The notes below the pieces were generated by a model. It did not search any database. It saw only the letters and a program-made list of their open reading frames with translations, and had not been told where the DNA came from. DNA of 64,000 nucleotides from a bacterium (lineage in GTDB: Bacteria; Bacillota; Clostridia; Oscillospirales; CAG-272): positions 22,633 to 86,632 of the forward strand of contig CAVIJI010000004.1 in the NCBI GenBank assembly GCA_963642885.1, written 5' to 3'. Position numbers and translations under genes: made by a program. How positions within the stretch are numbered: the first letter of the stretch is position 1; each line of letters starts with the position of its first letter. This document shows positions 10,408 to 20,217 of this stretch, one piece after another.

Positions 10408-11556
10408 TTAATGTACTAATTTAATCAATGGATTTTGTTTTGCTTCAACTGCACCCTTGGGACACAATTCACTGCAGCAATAACATTTTATACATTCGTC
10501 TCTGTGGATATGAGCGATTTTATTATCAATGGTTATTGTGTGACGAGGACATGATCTGGCACAGACCCCGCATCCCACACATTTCTTTCTGTTAACATGA
10601 GGTTTGGCTTCGAAAAAAGCGGCAAATTTACCGCCGAACAAATTCGGTAAATTTTTCAGAAATTTTCCCGCATCCGTATCGGGCTTTTTAAAATCAAGAG
10701 TCGGACACTCTTCCATTCCGAGCAGCGGTATTTCACGTATATTCCGTGAAACAAGTCCGCGCGATGCGGCGGCGTTCAGATGGAGTATATTTCCGTCCGA
10801 GCCTATTATGTGTTCTGCCGCTACATCAAGCGAAAACGGAGAACGCGAGCACATCAGCAATCCCGTTTTTTTAGGTATACCGTATGAAGGGCCGTTTCCT
10901 TCCATCGAGATTACCGCATCACACAATGCGATAAATTCCTTGTTTCCGAGAACAAGCTCGTTTAAATCGACGAGCATTTCAGAGAAATCTTGAATGTGGG
11001 GAAAGCTCGAATGCATTTCGAATTTTTCGACACCGGGAATAAGACCGAAAAGGTTTTTCACCGCACAGCTCATCCCCGTCAGTGTATGAGTTTTCAGCTT
11101 GCAGATATCGACAATAACATCACATTCCGAAAAACAATTTAAAATGTGCAGAACCTTCAGCTTTTTACCGTCGGTGTGTACCGTATTAAATGAACAGTCG
11201 TAGTTTAATTTGAGATAATCGAGCTTGATATCGTTCAAGCCGCAGACACGATATACATTTGCCAGTGATGCCGCATTAAAAGGTCCTCCCGGCGAATCGG
11301 CGGCTGTTATTGACGATGCTCCGAATTCATGCAGTACGACCGCGGCGGCTTTAATAACATTGGGGTGGGTAGTCGCCGCATGGTCGGGGGATTTGGCAAG
11401 GACTAAATTCGGCTTTATAAGTACCTTTTTTCCGTTGATATTATCGGGTGTTATACCTATTCCGTGAAATGCTTTGCGTATTTCCGAAATCAGTTTTTCT
11501 TCAGCGTAATCCGTACATTCGGTTATATATACAGGTGAGTTTTTTTCCATTTCCAT
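10408..11556 (-). CDS. DUF362 domain protein with C-terminal 2x[4Fe-4S] ferredoxin domain
   Basis: 382 aa carrying CVGCGVCARSCP and CIKCYCCSELCP. Its stop codon directly abuts the ispE ATG. Confidence 0.8.
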   Translation of the reverse strand: MEMEKNSPVYITECTDYAEEKLISEIRKAFHGIGITPDNINGKKVLIKPNLVLAKSPDHAATTHPNVIKAAAVVLHEFGASSITAADSPGGPFNAASLANVYRVCGLNDIKLDYLKLNYDCSFNTVHTDGKKLKVLHILNCFSECDVIVDICKLKTHTLTGMSCAVKNLFGLIPGVEKFEMHSSFPHIQDFSEMLVDLNELVLGNKEFIALCDAVISMEGNGPSYGIPKKTGLLMCSRSPFSLDVAAEHIIGSDGNILHLNAAASRGLVSRNIREIPLLGMEECPTLDFKKPDTDAGKFLKNLPNLFGGKFAAFFEAKPHVNRKKCVGCGVCARSCPRHTITIDNKIAHIHRDECIKCYCCSELCPKGAVEAKQNPLIKLVH

Positions 11557-11644
11557 TCAGCTTATCATTAATTAATATCACAGATATTATATCATAATTA
11601 TTGTTCTATATCAACATTCAAGTAAACATCGGATTATTTATTGA

Positions 11645-11683
11645 AAAAGCTGCGAAAATCAAAATCGGTTTTACGCAGCTTTT
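11645..11683 (-). terminator. Terminator after the M20 amidohydrolase gene
   Basis: aaaagctgcg...cgcagctttt is a 10-bp stem with flanking A/T runs. Confidence 0.6.
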
Positions 11684-11709
11684 ATATATTTTTTGTTTTT
11701 CAGTGATAA

Positions 11710-12795
11710 TCACATATTCAGAACGGATTTATACATCTCAACGGCATAGGGGATAACTCTGTCATCGAATTCATAATCAGTTGTGTGAAGTGCGGGATGG
11801 TTTATACCGCATCCGATTCCCATGAATGCGCCGTCGGTTTTACGCAAATAATATCCGAAATCCTCAGACCATCTAAAAGGTTCGGAGGGATTTACTACAT
11901 TCGCATTCAGTTTTGCGGCAGCATCCCTCAGCTTATCTACACATCTTTCATTGTTTATTGTTGCGGGAAATTCTTCTATGCGTGACATTTTTATCGTTAA
12001 TCCGCTGTCTGAGGCGGCTTTTATTGCCGCATTTTCTATTTCCGATACAAAAGCATCGTACTCGTCCTGGTATTCAGCTCTGAGTGTGAGCCTGAGCGTT
12101 CCGTCACCTGCGGAAACACCGTATGAATGACTTCCCGCCTCTATTCCGATGACGGTTCCCAAAACTATTCCCTTGTGTTTTTCGCAAATGCTTTCATTCA
12201 TACATTGTATGGTTGCGGCTATGGCATTTGCGGGATTTGCTCCGTTTTCGGGATATGCCGCATGCGATTGTCTGCCTATAAAGTGAATTTCGAGTCCCGT
12301 GGATGCACAGGCAAATGTATGCTTCAGAAGTAGCACGTCTCCGATGCCATACCCAGGTATATTATGAAAACCGTAGATTTCACATATATTCTTTTCGTCA
12401 ATCAATGAAGAACATATCGCTCCGCCCATTCCGTTTTCTTCTCCGGGCTGAAAAACGAGATATACATCCTTATCCGTTTCTGCGGTATCAAGCCACAAAG
12501 CAAAGCATGCCAGAGAAGCACTGTGACCATCGTGTCCGCATAGGTGTCTCGGACATCCGTCGGCACATGTAACGGCATCGAAATCCGCTCTGAATGCAAT
12601 CGGTGCGGAACGGCCGATTCCTTTTTTCATGACATAGAACCACTGCCCTCTGTCTGTTATTTCCAAAGTTCGAGTGTGTTCGTGAATAAACCGCATAAGT
12701 ATTTGTTTTGTCTTTACTTCATGCATGGATATTTCCGGATTATCGTGTAATTCTTTTCTGAGCTGTATAATCAAATCAAGCTTTTCTTCATTCAT
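11710..12795 (-). CDS. M20 family amidohydrolase (aminoacylase/hippurate hydrolase-like)
   Basis: 361 aa with metal motif LCGHDGH and an M20D-like layout. Confidence 0.85.
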   Translation of the reverse strand: MNEEKLDLIIQLRKELHDNPEISMHEVKTKQILMRFIHEHTRTLEITDRGQWFYVMKKGIGRSAPIAFRADFDAVTCADGCPRHLCGHDGHSASLACFALWLDTAETDKDVYLVFQPGEENGMGGAICSSLIDEKNICEIYGFHNIPGYGIGDVLLLKHTFACASTGLEIHFIGRQSHAAYPENGANPANAIAATIQCMNESICEKHKGIVLGTVIGIEAGSHSYGVSAGDGTLRLTLRAEYQDEYDAFVSEIENAAIKAASDSGLTIKMSRIEEFPATINNERCVDKLRDAAAKLNANVVNPSEPFRWSEDFGYYLRKTDGAFMGIGCGINHPALHTTDYEFDDRVIPYAVEMYKSVLNM

Positions 12796-12887
12796 TTCCG
12801 CTTTACTCCTCGTCTAATGTTGCTCGGTGTAAATTATAACATAATGAAACAGTCATTGTCTACACTATTATTTGTGCTTACGTGACA

Positions 12888-12924
12888 ACGGCACCGTATT
12901 TTTCGCTTGAAAATACGGTGCCGT
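12888..12924 (-). terminator. 15-bp perfect hairpin just downstream of the lyxose isomerase stop
   Basis: acggcaccgtatttt-tcgcttg-aaaatacggtgccgt. The T-run is weak, so the terminator call is moderate. Confidence 0.5.
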
Positions 12925-12929
12925 GAGAT

Positions 12930-13682
12930 TTATTCGGCTTCGGGGTATTCGTTGCAGAGGAGGTACTTCGGCTCGGCATCTTCTTCGATTTCGGGAAAAC
13001 GTCCTACCGAATCAAAGAAACGTATATTATCGGATAAAGAAACATTTTTCATCTCACCCAAGTACGGCATGCGATCCACGGGTTCGTAGAATCGGTTGTC
13101 CTTTGAATCGTCGTTGCATTGGCTTACTTCTCCGACAAGAACCTTGCCGTGTCCTTCTTCGCCCCAGAATGCGTGATACAGCTTTCTGGTATTTGTCATG
13201 CTCATACCGGGAGTTAATCTGATAACACTGCCTGCGGGCACTTTATAGTGACGTCCGTCGACTTGTATTTCAACGTCATCAGATGAAAACTCGTCGTTTT
13301 CATCTGCCGCATAAACCTTAATCATAAGGTTGCCGCCCCCGCGATTGATAATGTCCTCCTGTTTATACCAGTGATAATGGTAGGGTGTAGTTTGATTTTC
13401 ATCGACTATCATTATTTTTTCGGCGTAAACCTTGTGGTCATCGGGATTATGTGCATTTCCGTTGCGCAGAGTGAATAAAAACAACCCGCATTTCTTATAA
13501 TCGCCGCTTCCGAAATCCGTTATATCCCAGCCGAGACAGTTGCGTCTGATTTCGTCATATTCTTGGTTGGCGTTCTTCCAGTCATTTACCGAGAAAAATG
13601 CGAACGGAGGAAGCAAAAATTTGTGTTCATCTAAAAATCCGACAGCGTCTTCGATAATCGAATTAATTTCCGATCTTTTCAT
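12930..13682 (-). CDS. D-lyxose/D-mannose family sugar isomerase (cupin)
   Basis: 250 aa, nearly colinear with remembered enterobacterial D-lyxose isomerase: FTLRNG, YAEKIM, HYHWYKQEDIINRGGGNL, LVGEVSQCNDD, LCNEY. Confidence 0.85.
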   Translation of the reverse strand: MKRSEINSIIEDAVGFLDEHKFLLPPFAFFSVNDWKNANQEYDEIRRNCLGWDITDFGSGDYKKCGLFLFTLRNGNAHNPDDHKVYAEKIMIVDENQTTPYHYHWYKQEDIINRGGGNLMIKVYAADENDEFSSDDVEIQVDGRHYKVPAGSVIRLTPGMSMTNTRKLYHAFWGEEGHGKVLVGEVSQCNDDSKDNRFYEPVDRMPYLGEMKNVSLSDNIRFFDSVGRFPEIEEDAEPKYLLCNEYPEAE

Positions 13683-13736
13683 TACATATCCTTCCTTAGT
13701 GTTGGATTGCGGATAAGCTGAATATTCAGCATCTCA

Positions 13737-15710
13737 TCAGTAATCGATAACTACCATGGCATGGCAATCGAGCTTGTCCACAGTATAAGATATTATTCCG
13801 TTTTCATATGAGTACGGAATGTCCTTTTTTTCGGGAGCCGTATACACTCTTTTAGGTATTATATCGGTATGCAGCTTAACGGAGATGTTATAAAGCGGAA
13901 TGACATCCTCGATGACTTCTACTCCGTTTCCGCGCTTTACGGGAGAAGCATAGAGCAGATGGTTTACGAGTCTGTGCTCCGAGGATTGATTCATTAATGT
14001 AATCACTCCTTGAGCGGGAAGATTTGTCGTAATGGTTTTATTTTCTCCGAGAAGTGTATCGATTATATGGTTTGTTATCAGCTTGGATACGATACTGCCC
14101 TTTACTGCGTATTCGCTGAATATCTTAGCCGAAATGTATGCGCCGTCTTTACCCATTACAGCTGCCGGATAACGTTTAGATTTATCATTCGGTGTGTGCT
14201 GGTGTGAGCAGAAAGCGAATGTGCTGCGGTTGAAGTATGGGTTTTCTCTTTCAACAACAACATTACCGTCGGTTTCTATGTCGTATGATTTCGAGTAAAT
14301 AACGAATGCGGTGTTTCCGAGTGCTCCGAGATCAAAATCAGGACGGAAATATATGGGTGAATAATTGCTCTCACCGACAAAACGGCATCCGAAATCGAGC
14401 TTGAATTCATTATCAAATCCGACGGCACTTTCACCTGTGGCGAGAACACGACCTCCGTTTGCTATGAATTCTTTAACAGCGGCGGTGAGTCGTTCGTCAA
14501 GTCGGACGTTGTCGGGAAGAATGAGCAGTTTATATTTTACGCATTCTCCGTTGAGGAGCGAATCGGTGTCTATAACATCGAACAGGAAATTACCTTCGAG
14601 AAGCATACGAACGACACCGGCATCGGAGCCTGCCTCGCCGTTATGCGGCAAATGATTTTGCTCGCAGTAATTAGCCGCAGCTTCCTCAGACAATACTGCG
14701 ATATCCGCAACCGATACAACATTGTCAAGCCATTCTTCACGTTCTTCAACTTCGGAATAAGCGGCACCGATGAGATCGTATGTAGCTTCATCCATATGTC
14801 CGTCGGGATGCATTTGGTCGCCTACAGAGCATTTCGCACCGTTAGCAACACAGAGAGCTTCTTCATATCTGAGAGCGTTGGGATGCTTGTATCCGCCGAA
14901 CTCACCCCATGTTGTATGGAATTTTCCGGTCATACCGAGGAAATTTTTGCCGAGTGTTCGTGAATATGCCGCCGAGAGAGGGAAGTGGTCGTATCCCCAT
15001 CCACCTGTCGGAAGTGACTCGAGCTCAAGATGTGTGTCTACATCCGCGAGATCACGTCTGCCGCGTCTGATGTGTCCGCTGTTGTGGAATACGGGGAGAC
15101 CTGGCTTGATTCTGTCTACCGCCTCACGAACACGACGGGTGTAGTTTGCGTATACTCTTTCGCCGAGTTCACGAGCGTTTTCGTCATTGTACGGGTCTTT
15201 TCCTTCATCGAGAAGCGTTTTTACACAATTCTGGCACCAGCAAGTACGTACTCCCACTATATCGAGGAAAATTCCGTCACAATCGTATTTTTTGACAACC
15301 TCTTCTATTTGAGCTATGAGGTAGTCAAGATACGGCGAGTTCATGCAAAGCTCATGGAAGCCGGGATGTTGCCAATCGATTCTGTCATCCTTGGAACGTC
15401 TCAGCCATTCGGGATGTCTGTGAGCTATTTTCTCATCAAAACCTGCCGATAAATATACGGGTGTTTTAACGCCGATTTCATGAGCGGCTTTGATTTCCGC
15501 ATCCAAAAGGTCGAATTTGAGTCCGGGGTGTATTTCGTTTGCTTCACTCGGATGATATGCCCATCCGTGGTGACACTTTGAGAAAACGGTGATGGAGTTT
15601 ACATGTCCGCGCTTGAGTGCATCTTGAAATTGTTCCTTTGAAAAAGCGGAACCTATATTATCGATTTTTTCGCTTGTATGAAAATCAAGGTGTATTTGTC
15701 TGAAATTCAT
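13737..15710 (-). CDS. GHL6/GH42-like glycoside hydrolase with beta-galactosidase-trimerisation-like C-terminal region
   Basis: 657 aa with an N-terminal TIM-barrel signature RQIHLDFHTS...CHHGWAYHPS. The family call is moderate. Confidence 0.6.
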   Translation of the reverse strand: MNFRQIHLDFHTSEKIDNIGSAFSKEQFQDALKRGHVNSITVFSKCHHGWAYHPSEANEIHPGLKFDLLDAEIKAAHEIGVKTPVYLSAGFDEKIAHRHPEWLRRSKDDRIDWQHPGFHELCMNSPYLDYLIAQIEEVVKKYDCDGIFLDIVGVRTCWCQNCVKTLLDEGKDPYNDENARELGERVYANYTRRVREAVDRIKPGLPVFHNSGHIRRGRRDLADVDTHLELESLPTGGWGYDHFPLSAAYSRTLGKNFLGMTGKFHTTWGEFGGYKHPNALRYEEALCVANGAKCSVGDQMHPDGHMDEATYDLIGAAYSEVEEREEWLDNVVSVADIAVLSEEAAANYCEQNHLPHNGEAGSDAGVVRMLLEGNFLFDVIDTDSLLNGECVKYKLLILPDNVRLDERLTAAVKEFIANGGRVLATGESAVGFDNEFKLDFGCRFVGESNYSPIYFRPDFDLGALGNTAFVIYSKSYDIETDGNVVVERENPYFNRSTFAFCSHQHTPNDKSKRYPAAVMGKDGAYISAKIFSEYAVKGSIVSKLITNHIIDTLLGENKTITTNLPAQGVITLMNQSSEHRLVNHLLYASPVKRGNGVEVIEDVIPLYNISVKLHTDIIPKRVYTAPEKKDIPYSYENGIISYTVDKLDCHAMVVIDY

Positions 15711-15795
15711 TATTTTATTCCTCCGAAGGTTGATTTGTTTCGATTAAATATCGCAAGTAGAGGGCTGTTATTGTTTGACGAAAGGTGTAACAAAA

Positions 15796-16266
15796 TTATC
15801 TTTCCGATTTTTCCGCATCAATGGCAAGAACGAGTAAAAGGACATTCAATGTATTGCAGTCGTCATCGACGTCAATGCAATACGTATCTGTCAGATGCAT
15901 TATTTCTTTTGATATATGTGCGATGCGTTCGTTATTCTCTTTGTTAACAACATCATAGTCCCATTCGAGATAGTTGCCCGTAACATCCCAACCCATGTAA
16001 TCAATATCAAAGTGCGGTTTGAAGAAGGATAACTCCTTACGTATCGTACCCACCTCATTACCGCCTATTTCTATGTCATACGTAGGAAGAAACGAGAAAA
16101 AACGTCGTGTAAGCTTGGCAGCTTCAATATCGTTAACATCATGCACGGACAACGTTTTCGTTAATGCGAATTGCCCTTTAATCGTATAATAGATATTTTC
16201 GTTTTCATCATATACATCGAATTCATCGAACAGTGTCAGAAATTGTTGTTTGATAATAAGCTTCAT
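15796..16266 (-). CDS. LURP-one-related / YxjI (tubby C-terminal-like) family protein
   Basis: 156 aa, soluble, with an N-terminus typical of YxjI-like proteins. Its ATG overlaps the stop of the upstream MATE gene (ATGA). Confidence 0.55.
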   Translation of the reverse strand: MKLIIKQQFLTLFDEFDVYDENENIYYTIKGQFALTKTLSVHDVNDIEAAKLTRRFFSFLPTYDIEIGGNEVGTIRKELSFFKPHFDIDYMGWDVTGNYLEWDYDVVNKENNERIAHISKEIMHLTDTYCIDVDDDCNTLNVLLLVLAIDAEKSER

Positions 16267-17690
16267 TGTGTCTTTCCTTTCTCGGAAATATCATTTACAA
16301 CACATTTAGCCCAGAAACCCGATTTAAGCATCGGTATTCCCGCGAATAATTTAATCGCGTCACAGAACTGTACGGCAAAGTATACCCATATAATGCTTAT
16401 GTCGGTAAAACGACACATGAACAGGGATATCATCGCGGGAACAACCCAGGTGAATACCGAGTCGAAAAGGAACGTGATTATTGTCTTTCCGCCCGAGCGT
16501 ATCGTAAAATAAATATTGTGAATTAGCGCGTGTATAGGCAGAGACAGACCCGCAATCGTCAGAAATGTAGATGCGAGCGATTGTACCTCCGGCTCGACTT
16601 TATACAGCAGTGGGATAAAGGGAGAAGATATTATAATCAATAAGCCGATAAAAATGTGAGAAACAACGGTTACAAACAGCAGTTTGTTGTCAACATCGAT
16701 TGCGCCGTCGACGTCACCCGCGCCGAGCTTCTGACCGACGAGAATAGAGACCGCGGAACCCATTGCAAACATTATAATGCAGAAAAGATTCCACGCTGTT
16801 GTAGCGATATTCACGGCGGCAACTACCGTAAGGCCGCGAACCGAGTAGTTCTGTGTGATAAACGTTGTTCCGAGCGACCACAGGACTTCGTTTACCAGCA
16901 GAGGTGTACCTGTTATCGCAATACGCTTGACAAGCTGCATGGGAACATGAAGACTTTTATATGCTCCTTTAATGAAAGCAAACTTATCGGGATTCCGATG
17001 AGCGGCAAAAACAACCACAAAAAGCTCCACGAAACGGGACATTACCGTTGCTATGGCGGCTCCTCTTACACCGAGAGCGGGAAAACCGCACAAACCGAAT
17101 ATGAGGAGCAGATTGAAAACAAAGTTAACCGCGATTGCGGATATACTCGCAATCATCGGTGCCACCGTTTCGCCTGTTTCACGCAGCGTTCCGGCATACG
17201 CCTGAACTATGGCAAACGGAACAAGACCGACAACGGCAATGTTCAGATACGCACGTGCTTCGGATAAAGTACGGGCAACATCCTCAGCGGAGTTGGCTTC
17301 GCTTTTCAGAAACAACATAATCAGATTTTCACCGAACATCACGAAAACCAGAATCGCTATAACGGATGTTATTACAGAAAAAATCATTTTAAAACGGAAG
17401 GTGTCACGCATTCCGCGTATATCATTACTTCCGAAAAACTGAGTTCCGAATATTGAGGCACCGGATATGCCGCCGAAAATCGTAAGATTGAATACGAAAA
17501 CGAGCTGGTTGGCGATGGAAACCGCACTCATGTAGATTGTTCCGAGTCGTCCGACCATCAGGTTATCGAGTAAGCTGACAAAATTGGTTATGCCCTGCTG
17601 AATTATCAGCGGCAGGACAAGAACCCAAAGTAACTTGTAAAACTCTTTGTCGCCGATGAACTTGTGTTTAAAGGATTTAAGAAAATTCAT
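16263..17690 (-). CDS. MATE family efflux transporter
   Basis: 475 aa, about 12 hydrophobic helices, MATE-like N-terminus (LPLIIQQGITNFVSLLDNLMVGRLG). Confidence 0.85.
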   Translation of the reverse strand: MNFLKSFKHKFIGDKEFYKLLWVLVLPLIIQQGITNFVSLLDNLMVGRLGTIYMSAVSIANQLVFVFNLTIFGGISGASIFGTQFFGSNDIRGMRDTFRFKMIFSVITSVIAILVFVMFGENLIMLFLKSEANSAEDVARTLSEARAYLNIAVVGLVPFAIVQAYAGTLRETGETVAPMIASISAIAVNFVFNLLLIFGLCGFPALGVRGAAIATVMSRFVELFVVVFAAHRNPDKFAFIKGAYKSLHVPMQLVKRIAITGTPLLVNEVLWSLGTTFITQNYSVRGLTVVAAVNIATTAWNLFCIIMFAMGSAVSILVGQKLGAGDVDGAIDVDNKLLFVTVVSHIFIGLLIIISSPFIPLLYKVEPEVQSLASTFLTIAGLSLPIHALIHNIYFTIRSGGKTIITFLFDSVFTWVVPAMISLFMCRFTDISIIWVYFAVQFCDAIKLFAGIPMLKSGFWAKCVVNDISEKGKTQ

Positions 17691-17712
17691 TTATAAAATT
17701 TTGGATTGTTGA

Positions 17713-19131
17713 TTAATCGATTTTAAAGCCGAAATAGTTCTTTGTGTTGTTGTAGCATATGTCGCATACCAATGTTGCCAAAGCCTCGGGCTCAAACGGA
17801 TATAAGCCGTCCTCAACCCATCCGCCTATAATGTTGCAGAGTATGCGTCTGAAGTATTCGTGTCTGGGATAAGATGTAAAGCTGCGTGAGTCGGTGAGCA
17901 TTCCGTTGAATTTGCCGAATGCGCTTACGTTGGCAAGCTGCCTCATTTGCGCTTCCATGCCGTCAATGGTGTCGTTGAACCACCATGCTGAGCCTTGCAT
18001 TACCTTCGGATATCCGTCTTCGGATGTTTGGAAGCATCCGAGCATCGAAGAAATGGCAGCGTTGCACGTAGGATCTACCGAGTATACGATAGTGCGGGGA
18101 AGGCTGCCGTGCTTTTCCATGAGAGCAAGCAAATCTATTATTCCCTGAACATTGGTGAAGCCTATTGTATCAAACCCTGTGTCGGGGCCGAGCTTTTTCA
18201 TCATGACAGGGTTTGCATTACGGCATACACCCGCGTGAAGCTGCATTACCCAACCGCGTTTAGCATATTCTCCCGCGAGGAAGGAAAGCATTTCACATTT
18301 CAGTACGCAAAGCATTTCGGGAGTTACTTCTTTTCCGTCGGAGTTAAGAGCGGTTTCAAACGCTTGGTCTGCCGCATACTCATTCGGTTTTATGTACATC
18401 GGAAATTCGTCGAGACCATGGTCGGCGGTACGGCATCCCATTTTATCGAAAAACTCAATTCGTTTAACAAGTGCTTCTTTGAGGGTGGCAATGTTTTTTA
18501 TACGAACGCCGCTTGCCTGACTCAGTTTTTCATAATAAGCCTCAAGTCCGGGCTTGTTGATGTTGAAGCATTTATCGGGACGGAACGCAGGCAAAACCTG
18601 AGTGCCGAAAGACTTATCATCGGCGAGCATTTTATGCCATTCGAGTGTGTCGACGGGATCATCGGTTGTACAGATGACTTTAACACGAGACATAGTGATG
18701 AGATTTCTGACACTCATTCCGGGATCGGCGAGTGCTTCCGAAGTGCTTTCCCAGATACGGTCGACTGTATCCGGACCTAAAATGAGTCCGCATCCGAAGA
18801 AACGCTTTAATTCGAGATGTGTCCAATGGAACAGAGGGTTTCCGATAAGATACGGCATGCATTCGGCATAGGCCTTGAATTTTTCGTAGTCGGACGCATC
18901 ACCTGTAATATATTTTTCGGCAACGCCGCAGCTTCTCATGGCTCTCCATTTGTAGTGGTCGCCGCCTAACCATAATTCCGTTATGTTTGAATACTGTTTG
19001 TCCTCCGCGATTTCACGAGGAGAAACATGGCAATGATAGTCGATAATCGGAAGATGCTCGGCATATTTGTGGAAGAGAACCTGCGCCGTTTCGTTTTTCA
19101 GAAGAAAGTTTCTGCCCATAAAATTTTTCAT
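17713..19131 (-). CDS. uxaC: Glucuronate isomerase
   Basis: 472 aa with FLLKNETAQVLFHKYAEHLPIIDYHCH and overall UxaC colinearity. Confidence 0.93.
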   Translation of the reverse strand: MKNFMGRNFLLKNETAQVLFHKYAEHLPIIDYHCHVSPREIAEDKQYSNITELWLGGDHYKWRAMRSCGVAEKYITGDASDYEKFKAYAECMPYLIGNPLFHWTHLELKRFFGCGLILGPDTVDRIWESTSEALADPGMSVRNLITMSRVKVICTTDDPVDTLEWHKMLADDKSFGTQVLPAFRPDKCFNINKPGLEAYYEKLSQASGVRIKNIATLKEALVKRIEFFDKMGCRTADHGLDEFPMYIKPNEYAADQAFETALNSDGKEVTPEMLCVLKCEMLSFLAGEYAKRGWVMQLHAGVCRNANPVMMKKLGPDTGFDTIGFTNVQGIIDLLALMEKHGSLPRTIVYSVDPTCNAAISSMLGCFQTSEDGYPKVMQGSAWWFNDTIDGMEAQMRQLANVSAFGKFNGMLTDSRSFTSYPRHEYFRRILCNIIGGWVEDGLYPFEPEALATLVCDICYNNTKNYFGFKID

Positions 19132-19148
19132 GTCGTACCTGTCTCCTT

Positions 19149-20024
19149 TTATTTTGTTTTGTATTTATGATTGAACAGTTCGTCGAGATAAACGAGCGTA
19201 CTTTCGATTTTCGGAATATCAAGGTCTTCTTCGACCATTACAGGCGATTCCAGAGTCAAAGTGCCGCTGTAGTTTATATCATATATGAGTGAGGCAACCT
19301 CATCGAAATCTATGACACCGTCACGCGGATGAAGTATCGGACGAAGAGCCTTGAAATTCTTATATCCTCCCGTGTAATCACTGACGTGAATATGCTCGAT
19401 ATTGTCTGTGATTACCTTATCGGTAAGAATTTCTCTGATTTGCTCATGAAGCTTGCCGAATCTGGTATCGAAAATAAGCTTTGCGTTTCCGATAACAGGG
19501 AGCAGTTTGTGCCAGTTCGAGAGAGGGTCATTTGTGTTCGAAGGGATGTTTTCGATAAGCAGCTGTACTCCGTGTTTTCCCGCAATCGAATTGAGCTCGG
19601 GCAGCTTGGAAATATTGTAATCTATATTTTTGTCAGAAGAAAAACCTCCCCACAGATGAAGAACCATACGTGGAATGGAGAGCTTTTCAGCGGTCTCGCA
19701 GTTGATTGTGAAAAATTTTACGGCGTCAAGATAGAGCTTTTGCGCGTCGTCTTTTTTACCCTCGGAAAAAAGCACACCGGCATCCGATATCATCGTTCCG
19801 ACTTCTTTTTCGCAATGGATCGTCACGGGGTTTACACCGTATTCGCGAATTGCGGAAACGACACTGTCAAGCTTATCATAGTAGCTTATCAGCATCATAA
19901 GCTCACATCCGACACAGAGCTTTTTGTCTTGAAGCTTTTTTATTTCAGAGAGGGCTCTGATGTAGTTATAGTTGTTGCTTCGACCAACCATAGTACCGGT
20001 AGATACAAGTAAATTTACTGACAT
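19149..20024 (-). CDS. Sugar phosphate isomerase/epimerase (xylose isomerase-like TIM barrel)
   Basis: 291 aa with a TIM-barrel AP-endonuclease-2-like pattern (HLWGG, IENIP, HVSDY). Confidence 0.7.
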   Translation of the reverse strand: MSVNLLVSTGTMVGRSNNYNYIRALSEIKKLQDKKLCVGCELMMLISYYDKLDSVVSAIREYGVNPVTIHCEKEVGTMISDAGVLFSEGKKDDAQKLYLDAVKFFTINCETAEKLSIPRMVLHLWGGFSSDKNIDYNISKLPELNSIAGKHGVQLLIENIPSNTNDPLSNWHKLLPVIGNAKLIFDTRFGKLHEQIREILTDKVITDNIEHIHVSDYTGGYKNFKALRPILHPRDGVIDFDEVASLIYDINYSGTLTLESPVMVEEDLDIPKIESTLVYLDELFNHKYKTK

Positions 20025-20217
20025 ATACGACCTGATTTCCGATGTATTCAGGCAGCGCCGTAATTCGGCACTGCTTTAGTGTTATAACATTATAATACTA
20101 TACCGCACAGCTTTTGTCAATAAGTACAGACTTGCTTTATCACAATTATAATTATATATAGTCATATACAAATTGATTTTATGTGTGATTCGCATGAATC
20201 GATATAATAAATTATTA

